A DNA stretch of 64,000 nucleotides from Dehalococcoidia bacterium (GTDB lineage: Bacteria > Chloroflexota > Dehalococcoidia > Lucifugimonadales > UBA1123): positions 425,596-489,595 of the forward strand of contig OY761144.1 of the NCBI GenBank assembly GCA_963664365.1. The letters run 5' to 3'. Position 1 is the first letter of the stretch, and each line of letters begins with the position of its first letter. The position numbers and the translations under genes are program-made. Below the pieces are notes generated by a model. The model was not told where the DNA came from and searched no databases. It saw only the letters and a list, made by a program, of their open reading frames with translations. Shown here piece after piece: positions 35,382 to 43,750 of the stretch.

Positions 35382-36413
35382 ATGACCACCGCCGCTATCG
35401 AAAAACAGACCGCCGTTCTTGAGTACGATCTTACCGTCGGACTCTCCGCCATGGAGGGCCGAGGTTTCTACTACCCGACCGATACCGCCGTCGCGCCGAA
35501 CGGCAGGCTCTACGTGCCCAACCGCTCGGTGGACGGGGCCGCCCGCGGCGTTCGCGTCACCGTCTGCGACATAGACAGCGAGTACTACGGCACGTTCGGA
35601 TACTTCGGCCACGACCCGGGCGAGTTCGTGTGGGCCTCGGGGATCACGGCTGACAGCAAAGGGCGCCTCTTCGTCAGCGACGAGTACGTCAACCGCATCA
35701 CAGTCTTCGACCTCGACGGGAACTACCAAGCCAGTTGGGGCGAGTCGGGGAGCGGCGAGGGGCAGTTGGACGGCCCATCCGGTCTGGCAGTCGGCGCCGA
35801 CGGCTCGGTCTATGTCGCCGACACCCACAACCACCGAGTGCAGAAGTTCACGCCCGGCGGCGTCTTCCTGGCAAGTTTCGGCTCATACGGGACGGGCGAC
35901 GGCGAGTTCGATCTTCCCTGGGGCCTGGCCGTCGCCGACAACGGCGAAGTATATGTGGCTGACTGGGGCAACGACCGGATACAGAGATTCACGGCAGGCG
36001 GCGAATTCGCAGCCTCTTACGGCTCGTCCGGCGCGGGCGACGGCGACCTCCGCAGGCCGTCCGGCGTGGCGGTTGACGAGCGCGGGTACATCTACATTGC
36101 CGACTGGGGCAACGAGAGGGTACAGGTACTCGATCCCGACGGGCGGTTCGTCCAGAATCTGAGAGGACAGGCCACCGAGTCGAAGTGGGCCAAGATATTC
36201 CTGAACGTCAACAAGGAGGAGGCCGACGCCCGACAGCGCGCCGACCTCGAACCGGAAATCGACCTGTTCGACCCCGACGACCCGCACGAAGAGTCCTCGC
36301 ACATCGAGAAGCTGTTCTGGGCGCCGGTGTCCATCAAGCTGGACGACTCCGGCAGGCTGTACGTCACAGAGGCCAACCGTCACAGAATCCAGATATACCG
36401 GCGGGTGTCGTAG
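35382..36413 (+). CDS. NHL-repeat beta-propeller protein
   Basis: Repeated units of the form G.G.G.f..P.GvAvd..G.vYVAD..N.RvQ.F (six recognisable). The start is set at ATG 35382 because the upstream part of track ORF 35175-36413 is built from intergenic repeats. Confidence 0.8.
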   Translation: MTTAAIEKQTAVLEYDLTVGLSAMEGRGFYYPTDTAVAPNGRLYVPNRSVDGAARGVRVTVCDIDSEYYGTFGYFGHDPGEFVWASGITADSKGRLFVSDEYVNRITVFDLDGNYQASWGESGSGEGQLDGPSGLAVGADGSVYVADTHNHRVQKFTPGGVFLASFGSYGTGDGEFDLPWGLAVADNGEVYVADWGNDRIQRFTAGGEFAASYGSSGAGDGDLRRPSGVAVDERGYIYIADWGNERVQVLDPDGRFVQNLRGQATESKWAKIFLNVNKEEADARQRADLEPEIDLFDPDDPHEESSHIEKLFWAPVSIKLDDSGRLYVTEANRHRIQIYRRVS

Positions 36414-36418
36414 TTTCC

Positions 36419-38050
36419 ATTCCGCGTGAACATCATGACGTCGTCGTAATCGGCGGCGGGCCCGGCGGCAGTACCGCCGCAACGCTCCTCGCCCGTCGCG
36501 GCCACCGTGTAGCCCTGCTGGAACGCGAGCGCTTTCCAAGAGACCATGTCGGAGAGTCGTTGCTGCCCGCCTCGATGCCCGTCCTGGAAGAGCTAGGCGT
36601 CCTCGCCCAAATGGAGCGCGCGCGCTTTCCCAAGAAATGGGGCGCGACCATGCTCTGGGGACGGGACCCCGAACCCTGGAGTTGGCACTTCAAAGAGACC
36701 AACCGCTCGTATCCACACGCCTACCAGGTGTGGAGGCCGACCTTCGACAAGATACTCCTGGACAACGCCCGAGCGTCGGGCGTAGAGGTCAGAGGGGGAT
36801 GCGCCGTCACTACGCCGCTTATCGAGTCCGACCGCGTGCATGGCGTGAAGTTCAGGACCGAGGACGGACAAGAGGGCGTCATGGAAGCCGATTGGCTCAT
36901 AGACGCCAGCGGACAGGCCGCAATCCTCAGCAGAACCCTCAACCTGAGACAATGGGACGACCAGTTCCGCAACATGGCGGTCTATGGCTATTTCGTCGGC
37001 TCCAAACGTCTGCCCGCTCCCGATTCGACTAACATCTTCATCGAGTCCTACGAACACGGCTGGGCTTGGAACATCCCGCTCGCCAACAACGTCGCGAGCG
37101 TCGGAGTCGTCATAGACTCTGAAGTCGGCCAGCGCGGCATCAGGGCGAGCGGGGTGGAGGAGTACTATCGGCAGCAACTAGACTCGACCCGCTACACCAG
37201 CGACATGCTCTCGACGGCTCACATCGTCTCAGGCCCTGATGTCGTAAAGGACTGGTCATATACGTCGCATAGGATGGTAGGCGACGGCTGGGTACTGGTG
37301 GGCGACGCCGCCTGCTTCGTGGACCCTCTTTTTTCGTCGGGAGTACATTTGGCGATGATGTCCGGAGTCATGGCGGCGGCATACGTCCACGCGGCACAGC
37401 GTGACCACTCCCTTCGAGGCCCGGCAGCAGAGGTGTATGAACAACTCTATCGAACGGAGTATAGCCACTTCCGCGAGTTGGCACGCCTCTTCTACGCCAG
37501 CAATCGCACGATGGAGTCCTACTTTTGGGAGTCGCGCCGCATTCTCGGCTCAGGCGGCGACGAGGAGTCGCGCGCGTCATTCATACGCGCAGTCGCGGGT
37601 CAGCCGCCGAGAGGCTACGAGCGGGCCGTACTGGATCGGGGAGACCTTCCCATCGGCCTGCGACGGTCGATCCAAGAAGTGGAGTCGGCACGGCGCACAC
37701 GAGCAGACGCTTTTGATCCGGCATCGGCGCTCGACGCGGTCCCAGTCGCAGCAGAGGGAGTCCGGCTGGAGCAAAAGCCTATCTTCGCCGGCGGCGAGTT
37801 CCAGTGGAGCATCGTCTTGGTCTCCCCACAGCGTCCCAATGGGGCGCCGGTCAGCGACCTCGTGGCCGCGCTGCTCTCCCGCATCGACGGTCATCACACC
37901 ACGCGCCAACTGATCGGTCGCCTTACCGAGGGCGTCACGTCCGCCGACCACAAACGCGCAGTCTCCGACGCGGTCCTAAACTCACTTCGGATCCTGTACA
38001 CGGATGGGGCGGTGGAGGTGCAAGCATCGTCGAATTCCTATAATGGCTAA
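36419..38050 (+). CDS. Flavin-dependent halogenase-like FAD oxidoreductase with a C-terminal PqqD/RRE-like extension (start codon unresolved)
   Basis: Motifs DVVVIGGGPGGSTAATLL (GxGxxG), FPKKWGATMLW (candidate catalytic Lys region) and HGWAWNIPL (WxWxIP). The C-terminal ~90 aa (APVSDLVAALLSRIDGHHTTRQLIGRLTEG...VLNSLRILYTDGAV) looks PqqD-like. The only in-frame ATG/GTG/TTG upstream of the Rossmann motif is at 36185; 36419 is an in-frame ATT. Confidence 0.6.
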   Translation: MPREHHDVVVIGGGPGGSTAATLLARRGHRVALLERERFPRDHVGESLLPASMPVLEELGVLAQMERARFPKKWGATMLWGRDPEPWSWHFKETNRSYPHAYQVWRPTFDKILLDNARASGVEVRGGCAVTTPLIESDRVHGVKFRTEDGQEGVMEADWLIDASGQAAILSRTLNLRQWDDQFRNMAVYGYFVGSKRLPAPDSTNIFIESYEHGWAWNIPLANNVASVGVVIDSEVGQRGIRASGVEEYYRQQLDSTRYTSDMLSTAHIVSGPDVVKDWSYTSHRMVGDGWVLVGDAACFVDPLFSSGVHLAMMSGVMAAAYVHAAQRDHSLRGPAAEVYEQLYRTEYSHFRELARLFYASNRTMESYFWESRRILGSGGDEESRASFIRAVAGQPPRGYERAVLDRGDLPIGLRRSIQEVESARRTRADAFDPASALDAVPVAAEGVRLEQKPIFAGGEFQWSIVLVSPQRPNGAPVSDLVAALLSRIDGHHTTRQLIGRLTEGVTSADHKRAVSDAVLNSLRILYTDGAVEVQASSNSYNG

Positions 38051-38267
38051 GGTATCAGGCCTGGCAACTCCTCCAACCTTTCCAGCCATTCCCGAAAGTG
38101 CGGACACTCAGCCCGAATCGCATCGATTCCGATTTCCAGCGCAGCCAAGTTTCCCAGCAGGGGCTTCTGGTATCCAGGTATCAAATCTAGGAGGCGCGCG
38201 GTCAAAAGTCGTTGCCCGACCCGTCTTGGCGACCACAGGCTAATTCAGCGGGGCTAGCCGGTATGCG

Positions 38268-39314
38268 CTACTGCGACGCCAAAGCGGCGGTGTAGACCTG
38301 TTGCATCCGGAGAAGCTCTTCGTCGTTGAAGCACTCCCACATCTTGATCCCATTGTCCGCTATCTCCACCAAGTCCTCAACGCTCGTCGACGAAAAGTCG
38401 AGCAATGTTGGGTTGACCAGCGCTATGTAACGCGGGTGCCCGCCGGCGAACTCGGTGATGCAGGCTCGGCTGTTGTCGCTTAGCCCCCCGGTCTGGGACC
38501 CGATGACCGACACGAAGATGGGCACGTAGCTTTCTTGAGAAATGCAATCAGTCACGGAGTCCGACATTCCAAAGCCCTGGGTTGCCGTGGCTCCCTGCAG
38601 CGCGGCGTAATCTTCGTCCGTCAGCGCCTCCTGGATACAGGCGGCCTCGGACTCCGGAATCGTGCCGATAATGTCCGTCGCCGCCGCCGTATTGACGTCC
38701 AGAGCGGCTTGTATGCGGGCCAGGTACCCCACCTTCTCCACCGGGGTCATGCAGTTGTAGAACTCCAGGGCATACGGCCGCGTTGCCGAAGTTTCGTGAG
38801 TTTGGCCCGGTGGCGTCATTCCGAGGCCGGTCAGAACCGCGAGGGGACTTTCTCTACCGACCCTGATCATGCATGCGCGGGTGTCGGAGGTCCATCCGGC
38901 CTGCAAGTCGAGGAAGGCGATTCCGAACACCACGAGGTTTTCCGGTTTGGCACACTGGAATATCGGCAATACAAGGTTCTCACCGCTGGCCGTCAGAATC
39001 GACAGAATCGGCTCGTTGGACATTTTATCGTAGGCAGCATCTCCGATGGTCGTGCGAAGGCAGGAGGTCTCATCTTCGGAGAAGAGCGCCAGCACGTCCT
39101 TCCCTGTCGTCGTCGGGGTGAGCCTCAGCTCCTCGAGAGCCGGGGTGGCAGTGGGCGGAAGGGGCGTAGGCGTTGCCGTAGGTTCAGGCGTTGGCGCTGG
39201 CGTGGGTGTAGGCGTTGGCGCTGGGTCGGACCCACAGGCGGCAGCTATTAGGACCAGCAGGGTTATCAGCGAAGCTACCCAAAGCCATTGATATAACCTC
39301 ATTTTCGCTCCCAT
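38268..39314 (-). CDS. Hypothetical secreted lipoprotein with a Pro/Thr-rich tether
   Basis: Signal peptide plus lipobox (LLVLIAAACGS), then PAPTPTPTPAPTPEPTATPTPLPPTATP, then a ~270-aa Cys-containing domain. The start is at 39314 or 39302. Confidence 0.5.
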   Translation of the reverse strand: MGAKMRLYQWLWVASLITLLVLIAAACGSDPAPTPTPTPAPTPEPTATPTPLPPTATPALEELRLTPTTTGKDVLALFSEDETSCLRTTIGDAAYDKMSNEPILSILTASGENLVLPIFQCAKPENLVVFGIAFLDLQAGWTSDTRACMIRVGRESPLAVLTGLGMTPPGQTHETSATRPYALEFYNCMTPVEKVGYLARIQAALDVNTAAATDIIGTIPESEAACIQEALTDEDYAALQGATATQGFGMSDSVTDCISQESYVPIFVSVIGSQTGGLSDNSRACITEFAGGHPRYIALVNPTLLDFSSTSVEDLVEIADNGIKMWECFNDEELLRMQQVYTAALASQ

Positions 39315-39377
39315 ACTTTAATTTTTGACCAATTCTGATACACCAGCGCGTGTCAAGAATACCAGCAAGTCAGCGTC

Positions 39378-39638
39378 GAGCCTGTGTCAGTTTGGTAGGG
39401 GGGATGCTACCCTCCCCACTTCTGGATTCCTGCCCCGTATCGGGTACGGGGCAGGCTCTTCGCCGGAATCACTATGGCCTTGTGAAGGCCACATAAGGGG
39501 GTGAAAATTGGGTAGCATCTCATTCACAACCCTCACCCTAGCCCTCTCCCAAACTTGGGAGAGGGGATTTTCATGGTAATGACGGCCCCCTTGTTTTCGT
39601 GTCCTCTAGCGGCATACCTACTAAAGTGAGACAGAATC
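39378..39638. mobile_element. MITE-like non-autonomous element (261 bp) with imperfect terminal inverted repeats and an 8-bp target-site duplication
   Basis: Left end GAGCCTGTGTCAGTTTGGTAGG. The right end is CCTACTAAAGTGAGACAGAATC, whose reverse complement is GATTCTGTCTCACTTTAGTAGG. It is flanked directly by TCAGCGTC at 39370-39377 and 39639-39646. The interior is built from P2, hairpin and P1 modules. Confidence 0.65.
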
Positions 39639-39655
39639 TCAGCGTCAGCGTCTTG

Positions 39656-39729
39656 TGGGCCAGCGTGGATTCGAACTACGGACATCAGTCTTATCAGGAC
39701 TGCGCTCTAACCGTCTGAGCTACCGGCCC
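39656..39729 (-). tRNA. tRNA-Ile (anticodon GAU)
   Basis: The minus strand reads GGGCCGG-TA-GCTC-AGACGGTTA-GAGC-G-CAGTC-CTGATAA-GACTG-ATGTC-CGTAG-TTCGAAT-CCACG-CTGGCCC-A. This is a cloverleaf with a 7-bp acceptor stem (one G-U) and one A-C mismatch in the T stem. CCA is not encoded. Confidence 0.85.
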
Positions 39730-39905
39730 CCAATATCGCCGCCAGACGATGGTGAGTATATAATTGGCTCAAAGACATTGTCAATAAAGCGCGCTCGCAC
39801 GCAGTTTCAGTTTGCTTGACAGTCTGGGGGGCGCAAAGTACCATGAAGTCATTCCCAGTCCGCCCGGCGGCCTGGGTTGAACAACCTTATAGGAGGGTGG
39901 GTCGC

Positions 39906-41432
39906 ATGGAAATCGCCATAGCGTTGCTCGCCGTCCTCATAGGCCTATCAGTGGGAGCTGGAGCCGGCTACTATGGCCGCAGGCTGGTTTCAGGCAGACA
40001 CGTTGACGATGCCCAGATAGAGGCTGATCGGATAGTCGAATCGGCTCAAGAGCAGCGTCGGACCATGGTCATCGAGGCTAAGGAACAGGCGCTCAAGCTG
40101 CGTTCAGATTGGGAAGGAGAGGCGAAGCAGCAGCGTTCCGAGTTCAGCAGAGTCGAACGGAGGCTGAGCAATCGAGAGGAGAACCTCGAGAAGCGTTCGT
40201 CAAACCTCGACCGACGGGAGCGCAACATATCGAAGAAGGAGCGTCGAGCGCAACATATCGAAGAGGAGGTCGAAGACGTAAAGCAGCAGGCGCAGGCCAA
40301 GCTGGAGGAGTTGTCCGACCTGAGCATGTCCGAGGCCAAGGACATCCTCATGAAGGACGCCGAAGAAGAGATCCAGCACGAGATAGCCAGGCGCTACCGC
40401 GACATCGAGGAGCAGGCGCGCGAGGATGCCCGGGAGGTATCTTCCAGGGTTCTGGCCACGGCGATACACCGCATGGCCGCCGACGTTGTCTCCGAGATGA
40501 CCGTAACCTCAGTTCCACTTCCGAGCGACGACATGAAAGGTCGTCTGATAGGCCGCGAAGGACGGAATATACGAGCGATTGAAAAGAGCACAGGCGTCGA
40601 TCTGATAATCGACGATACACCGGAAGCAGTCACGCTGTCGTGCTTCGACCCGGTGAGGCGCGAGACCGCGCGCATCGCCGTGACGAAGCTGGTCGCGGAC
40701 GGCAGAATACACCCCGCGCGCATCGAAGATATGGTGCAGCGGGCGGAAAAAGAGGTCGAAAACTCCATCTGGAAAGCGGGCGAGGAGGCGGTCTTCGATA
40801 CCGGCATCCGGGGGCTGAACCCGGAGATCGTGCGTCTGCTGGGCCGGCTCAAGTACCGGTACAGCTACGGGGAGAACGTTCTCCAGCACTCGCTGGAGGT
40901 GTCCCACATCGCCGGGATGCTCGCGTCCGAGATCGGGGCCAACGTCAAGACCGCCAAGGTCGGCGGCCTGCTGCACGACATCGGCAAGGCGCTGACGCAC
41001 GAGGTCGAAGGGCCTCACGCGGACATCGGGGCGGAGGTCGCCAGCAAGTACAGCGTTGCCAAGCGGGTCTGCGCCTGCATAGCCGAGCACCACGACGACG
41101 TGATGAGCTCGCCTGAGTCGTTCATCGTGGCGGCCGCCGACGCGATCAGCGCGGCGAGGCCCGGCGCTCGCAAGGACACAGTCGAGAATTACATGAAGCG
41201 GCTCAGAGCGCTGGAAGATGTCGCGGGCGACTTCGACGGCGTCGAAAGGTGCTTCGCCATCCAGGCCGGGCGAGAGGTCAGAGTCATGGTCAGGCCGGAC
41301 TCGATAGACGACGTCATGGCCGCCCAGATGGCGCGTCAGATCGTCAAGAAGATCGAAAGCAACCTGGCGTACCCGGGCCAGATCAAGGTCATGGTGATCC
41401 GGGAGAGCCGCAACGTAGAGTACGCGAGGTAG
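39906..41432 (+). CDS. rny: Ribonuclease Y
   Basis: ATG at 39906 after GGAGGG. N-terminal TM helix, a long charged coiled coil, a KH domain (GRLIGREGRNIRAIE) and an HD domain (HSLEVSHIAG...LLHDIGKA). Confidence 0.9.
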   Translation: MEIAIALLAVLIGLSVGAGAGYYGRRLVSGRHVDDAQIEADRIVESAQEQRRTMVIEAKEQALKLRSDWEGEAKQQRSEFSRVERRLSNREENLEKRSSNLDRRERNISKKERRAQHIEEEVEDVKQQAQAKLEELSDLSMSEAKDILMKDAEEEIQHEIARRYRDIEEQAREDAREVSSRVLATAIHRMAADVVSEMTVTSVPLPSDDMKGRLIGREGRNIRAIEKSTGVDLIIDDTPEAVTLSCFDPVRRETARIAVTKLVADGRIHPARIEDMVQRAEKEVENSIWKAGEEAVFDTGIRGLNPEIVRLLGRLKYRYSYGENVLQHSLEVSHIAGMLASEIGANVKTAKVGGLLHDIGKALTHEVEGPHADIGAEVASKYSVAKRVCACIAEHHDDVMSSPESFIVAAADAISAARPGARKDTVENYMKRLRALEDVAGDFDGVERCFAIQAGREVRVMVRPDSIDDVMAAQMARQIVKKIESNLAYPGQIKVMVIRESRNVEYAR

Positions 41433-41533
41433 GACCGCGCCGCCCGCGATGACACTCCCTCGACGCAGCGGACGATGCCTCCCGTCCGCTGCGTCTCTTG
41501 CATACGTCAGAATCGATGGATCCAAGACCCAGT

Positions 41534-42412
41534 ATGCCGATTGAGGTCGATCTACACCTGCACACCCGCGCGTCGGACGGGACTCTGTCGCCCGCGGACC
41601 TGGTCGATCTGTGCGCCGAACGCGGCCTCAAGGTCATAGCCATCAGCGACCACGACTCCACTGAGGGCCTGTCCGAGGCGTTTGCTGCCGCCGCGAAGCA
41701 CGACGGTCTCCGGATCATCCCCGCGATCGAGCTGAGTACCGATATCCCGGGATCGGAGATACACCTTCTCGGGTACTACCTCGACACCTCGGACACCGAC
41801 TTTCAGGCGACTCTCACTCGGTTCAGGGAGGGCAGATACGATCGGGGCAGGCTGATGGTGGAACGCATCAACGAGTTGGGGTACGACATCTCTTGGGACC
41901 GTGTGCGGGAGACCGCCGGAGACGCCAGCATCGGCAGGCCGCATATCGCGGCGGTCATGGTGGAGGCAGGCTACTTCGAGTATCCCAAGGACGTGTTCGA
42001 CAAGCTGATCGGGAGAGAGGGCGCCGCCTACGTGGAGAGGCCGAAGCTGACGCCCAAAGAGGCCATAGGAATCCTGCGCGACAACGGCGCGGTTCCGGTA
42101 CTGGCCCACCCGACATACTCGCAGGTCAAGTCCGACAGGGGCGAAGTTCAGAGCCTCGAAGACACTCTCAGAGAGTTGAAGGACTGCGGACTGGAGGGGA
42201 TGGAGGTCTTCTACGGCGACTATACGCCTGAGCAGGTGGACTATCTTCACGACCTGTCGAAGAAGCTGGACCTGATTCCCTGCGGGGGCAGCGACTACCA
42301 CTGCTCAGGCAACCCGGGCGAGCCGACTCCCGGCACAGTAGGGCCTCCTATGGAGACCGTAGCCAAGCTGGAGTCGGCGCACCGCGCTATTAGCCGGGAC
42401 GTCCGGCGTTAG
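41534..42412 (+). CDS. PHP-domain phosphoesterase (TrpH/YciV-like)
   Basis: IEVDLHLHTRASDGTLSP, ISDHDS and VLAHP. The start could be 41534 or upstream at 41516/41498. Confidence 0.8.
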   Translation: MPIEVDLHLHTRASDGTLSPADLVDLCAERGLKVIAISDHDSTEGLSEAFAAAAKHDGLRIIPAIELSTDIPGSEIHLLGYYLDTSDTDFQATLTRFREGRYDRGRLMVERINELGYDISWDRVRETAGDASIGRPHIAAVMVEAGYFEYPKDVFDKLIGREGAAYVERPKLTPKEAIGILRDNGAVPVLAHPTYSQVKSDRGEVQSLEDTLRELKDCGLEGMEVFYGDYTPEQVDYLHDLSKKLDLIPCGGSDYHCSGNPGEPTPGTVGPPMETVAKLESAHRAISRDVRR

Positions 42413-42434
42413 GTTCTGAGGTCCAGCGGGAGCA

Positions 42435-43121
42435 ATGGTCGAAAACGCACTCCTGATCGTCGGAGCCTTCCTGGTGGGATCGATACCCACCGCCTACCTC
42501 GTGAGCAAGTACGCGGCCGGAATCGACATCCGAGACTACGGCTCCGGAAACGTAGGAGCGTCCAACGTGATAGCCCACGTCGGAATCCGGATCGGGATAG
42601 CTCAAGGACTGTTCGACTGCTTCATCAAGGGCTCGGCGCCCGTCCTCATTGGGGCCTACGTCATAGAAGCGGACCTCTGGATACAGGGCGCGGCCGGAAT
42701 CGCAGCATTAATCGGCCATAACTGGTCTCCATTCCTGCGGTTCACCGGGGGCAGGGGAGTGGCCATCGCAATCGGAGCACTGCTGGCGCTCTCTCTGTGG
42801 TGGGAACTGCTAATAGCCGCCGCGCTGTTCGGCATGTCGGCGCTGGCCTCCGTCTTGATCAAGTCCGTGACTCGGGATACCGGCCTCTGGACGCTGGTGT
42901 CCGTCGTCCTGGTTCCGGCTCTCGCGTATGTAAGAGGCCAGCCGCATGAGGCGACGCTGACAGTCGTCGCCGTCGGCGCGCTCCTCGTGACTAAGAGGCT
43001 TACCGCAAACTGGGAACCTATCTCACCTGAATACGGAGTCCTGCGAGTGCTGGCATTTCGTATACTCTGGGACAGGGATGTTCCCAAGAGGGTGGAATGG
43101 ACGAATCGGCGTCCCCAATGA
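42435..43121 (+). CDS. plsY: Glycerol-3-phosphate acyltransferase (acyl-phosphate dependent)
   Basis: LVGSIPTAYLVSK....DIRDYGSGNVGASNV and the IGHNWSPFLRFTGGRGVA motifs. Confidence 0.85.
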   Translation: MVENALLIVGAFLVGSIPTAYLVSKYAAGIDIRDYGSGNVGASNVIAHVGIRIGIAQGLFDCFIKGSAPVLIGAYVIEADLWIQGAAGIAALIGHNWSPFLRFTGGRGVAIAIGALLALSLWWELLIAAALFGMSALASVLIKSVTRDTGLWTLVSVVLVPALAYVRGQPHEATLTVVAVGALLVTKRLTANWEPISPEYGVLRVLAFRILWDRDVPKRVEWTNRRPQ

Positions 43122-43133
43122 GGTCATTGGACA

Positions 43134-43616
43134 ATGTCTCAGGCTGTCTATTGTAAGCGTCACTCGGAAGTCGAAACGAGCGTATCGTGCGGTCGATGCG
43201 GCGACCCGATATGCCCCAGGTGCATGGTCCACGCTCCGGTTGGAGTGAGGTGTCCCGACTGCGGGAAGTCCAGGCCCGCGCCGACTTTCGACGTGTCAAC
43301 GCCTTTCCTGTTGCGCGGGATAGGGGCCGGACTCGGTGTCGCAATCGGCGGCGGCATGCTGGTCTCGTTCATATCTCTGCTTCTCCCCACGCCGTTCCTA
43401 ACCGCGCTGCTCATCGCCGCGCTCGGTTACGGCGTGGGCGAGATGATCAGCGTCGCCACAAACCGCAAGCGGGGCGCCCGTCTCAGAGTAGTGGCCGTGG
43501 TCTCCGTACTCCTGGGATTCATGCTGATTACGGGCGTCACCCAGGGCATGACCTTCAACCTCTTCGCGCTGCTCGGCGCCGGAGCGGCGTGCTACATAGC
43601 CGTCAGCCGCGTGTGA
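43134..43616 (+). CDS. Membrane protein with an N-terminal B-box/zinc-ribbon domain
   Basis: CKRH....SCGRCGDPICPRC......VRCPDCG followed by about four hydrophobic helices. Confidence 0.5.
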   Translation: MSQAVYCKRHSEVETSVSCGRCGDPICPRCMVHAPVGVRCPDCGKSRPAPTFDVSTPFLLRGIGAGLGVAIGGGMLVSFISLLLPTPFLTALLIAALGYGVGEMISVATNRKRGARLRVVAVVSVLLGFMLITGVTQGMTFNLFALLGAGAACYIAVSRV

Positions 43617-43750
43617 CCGCGCACGCTCACGTTCGGCCCCGCGCTCTTCAGGGTCTATTTACATAGTCAAACGCGCGTCGCTATCATTAAAGGCGCTGAG
43701 CGCACCCGTTCAACGCATCTCCTCAATCCGCGCTCGCCGAAGGAAGTCCC

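Noticed and set aside
38043-38243. 66-aa ORF whose ATG overlaps the halogenase-like stop (ATGGCTAA), considered as a RiPP precursor peptide
   Set aside because: Its codon usage lacks the GC3 bias of neighbouring genes. The opposite strand of the same stretch reads ..LLDLIPGYQKPLLGNLAALEIGIDAIRAECPHFREWLERLEELPGLIP*, which resembles the C-terminal end of a glutathione S-transferase. A GST pseudogene remnant explains the open frames better, so the precursor idea is unsupported.
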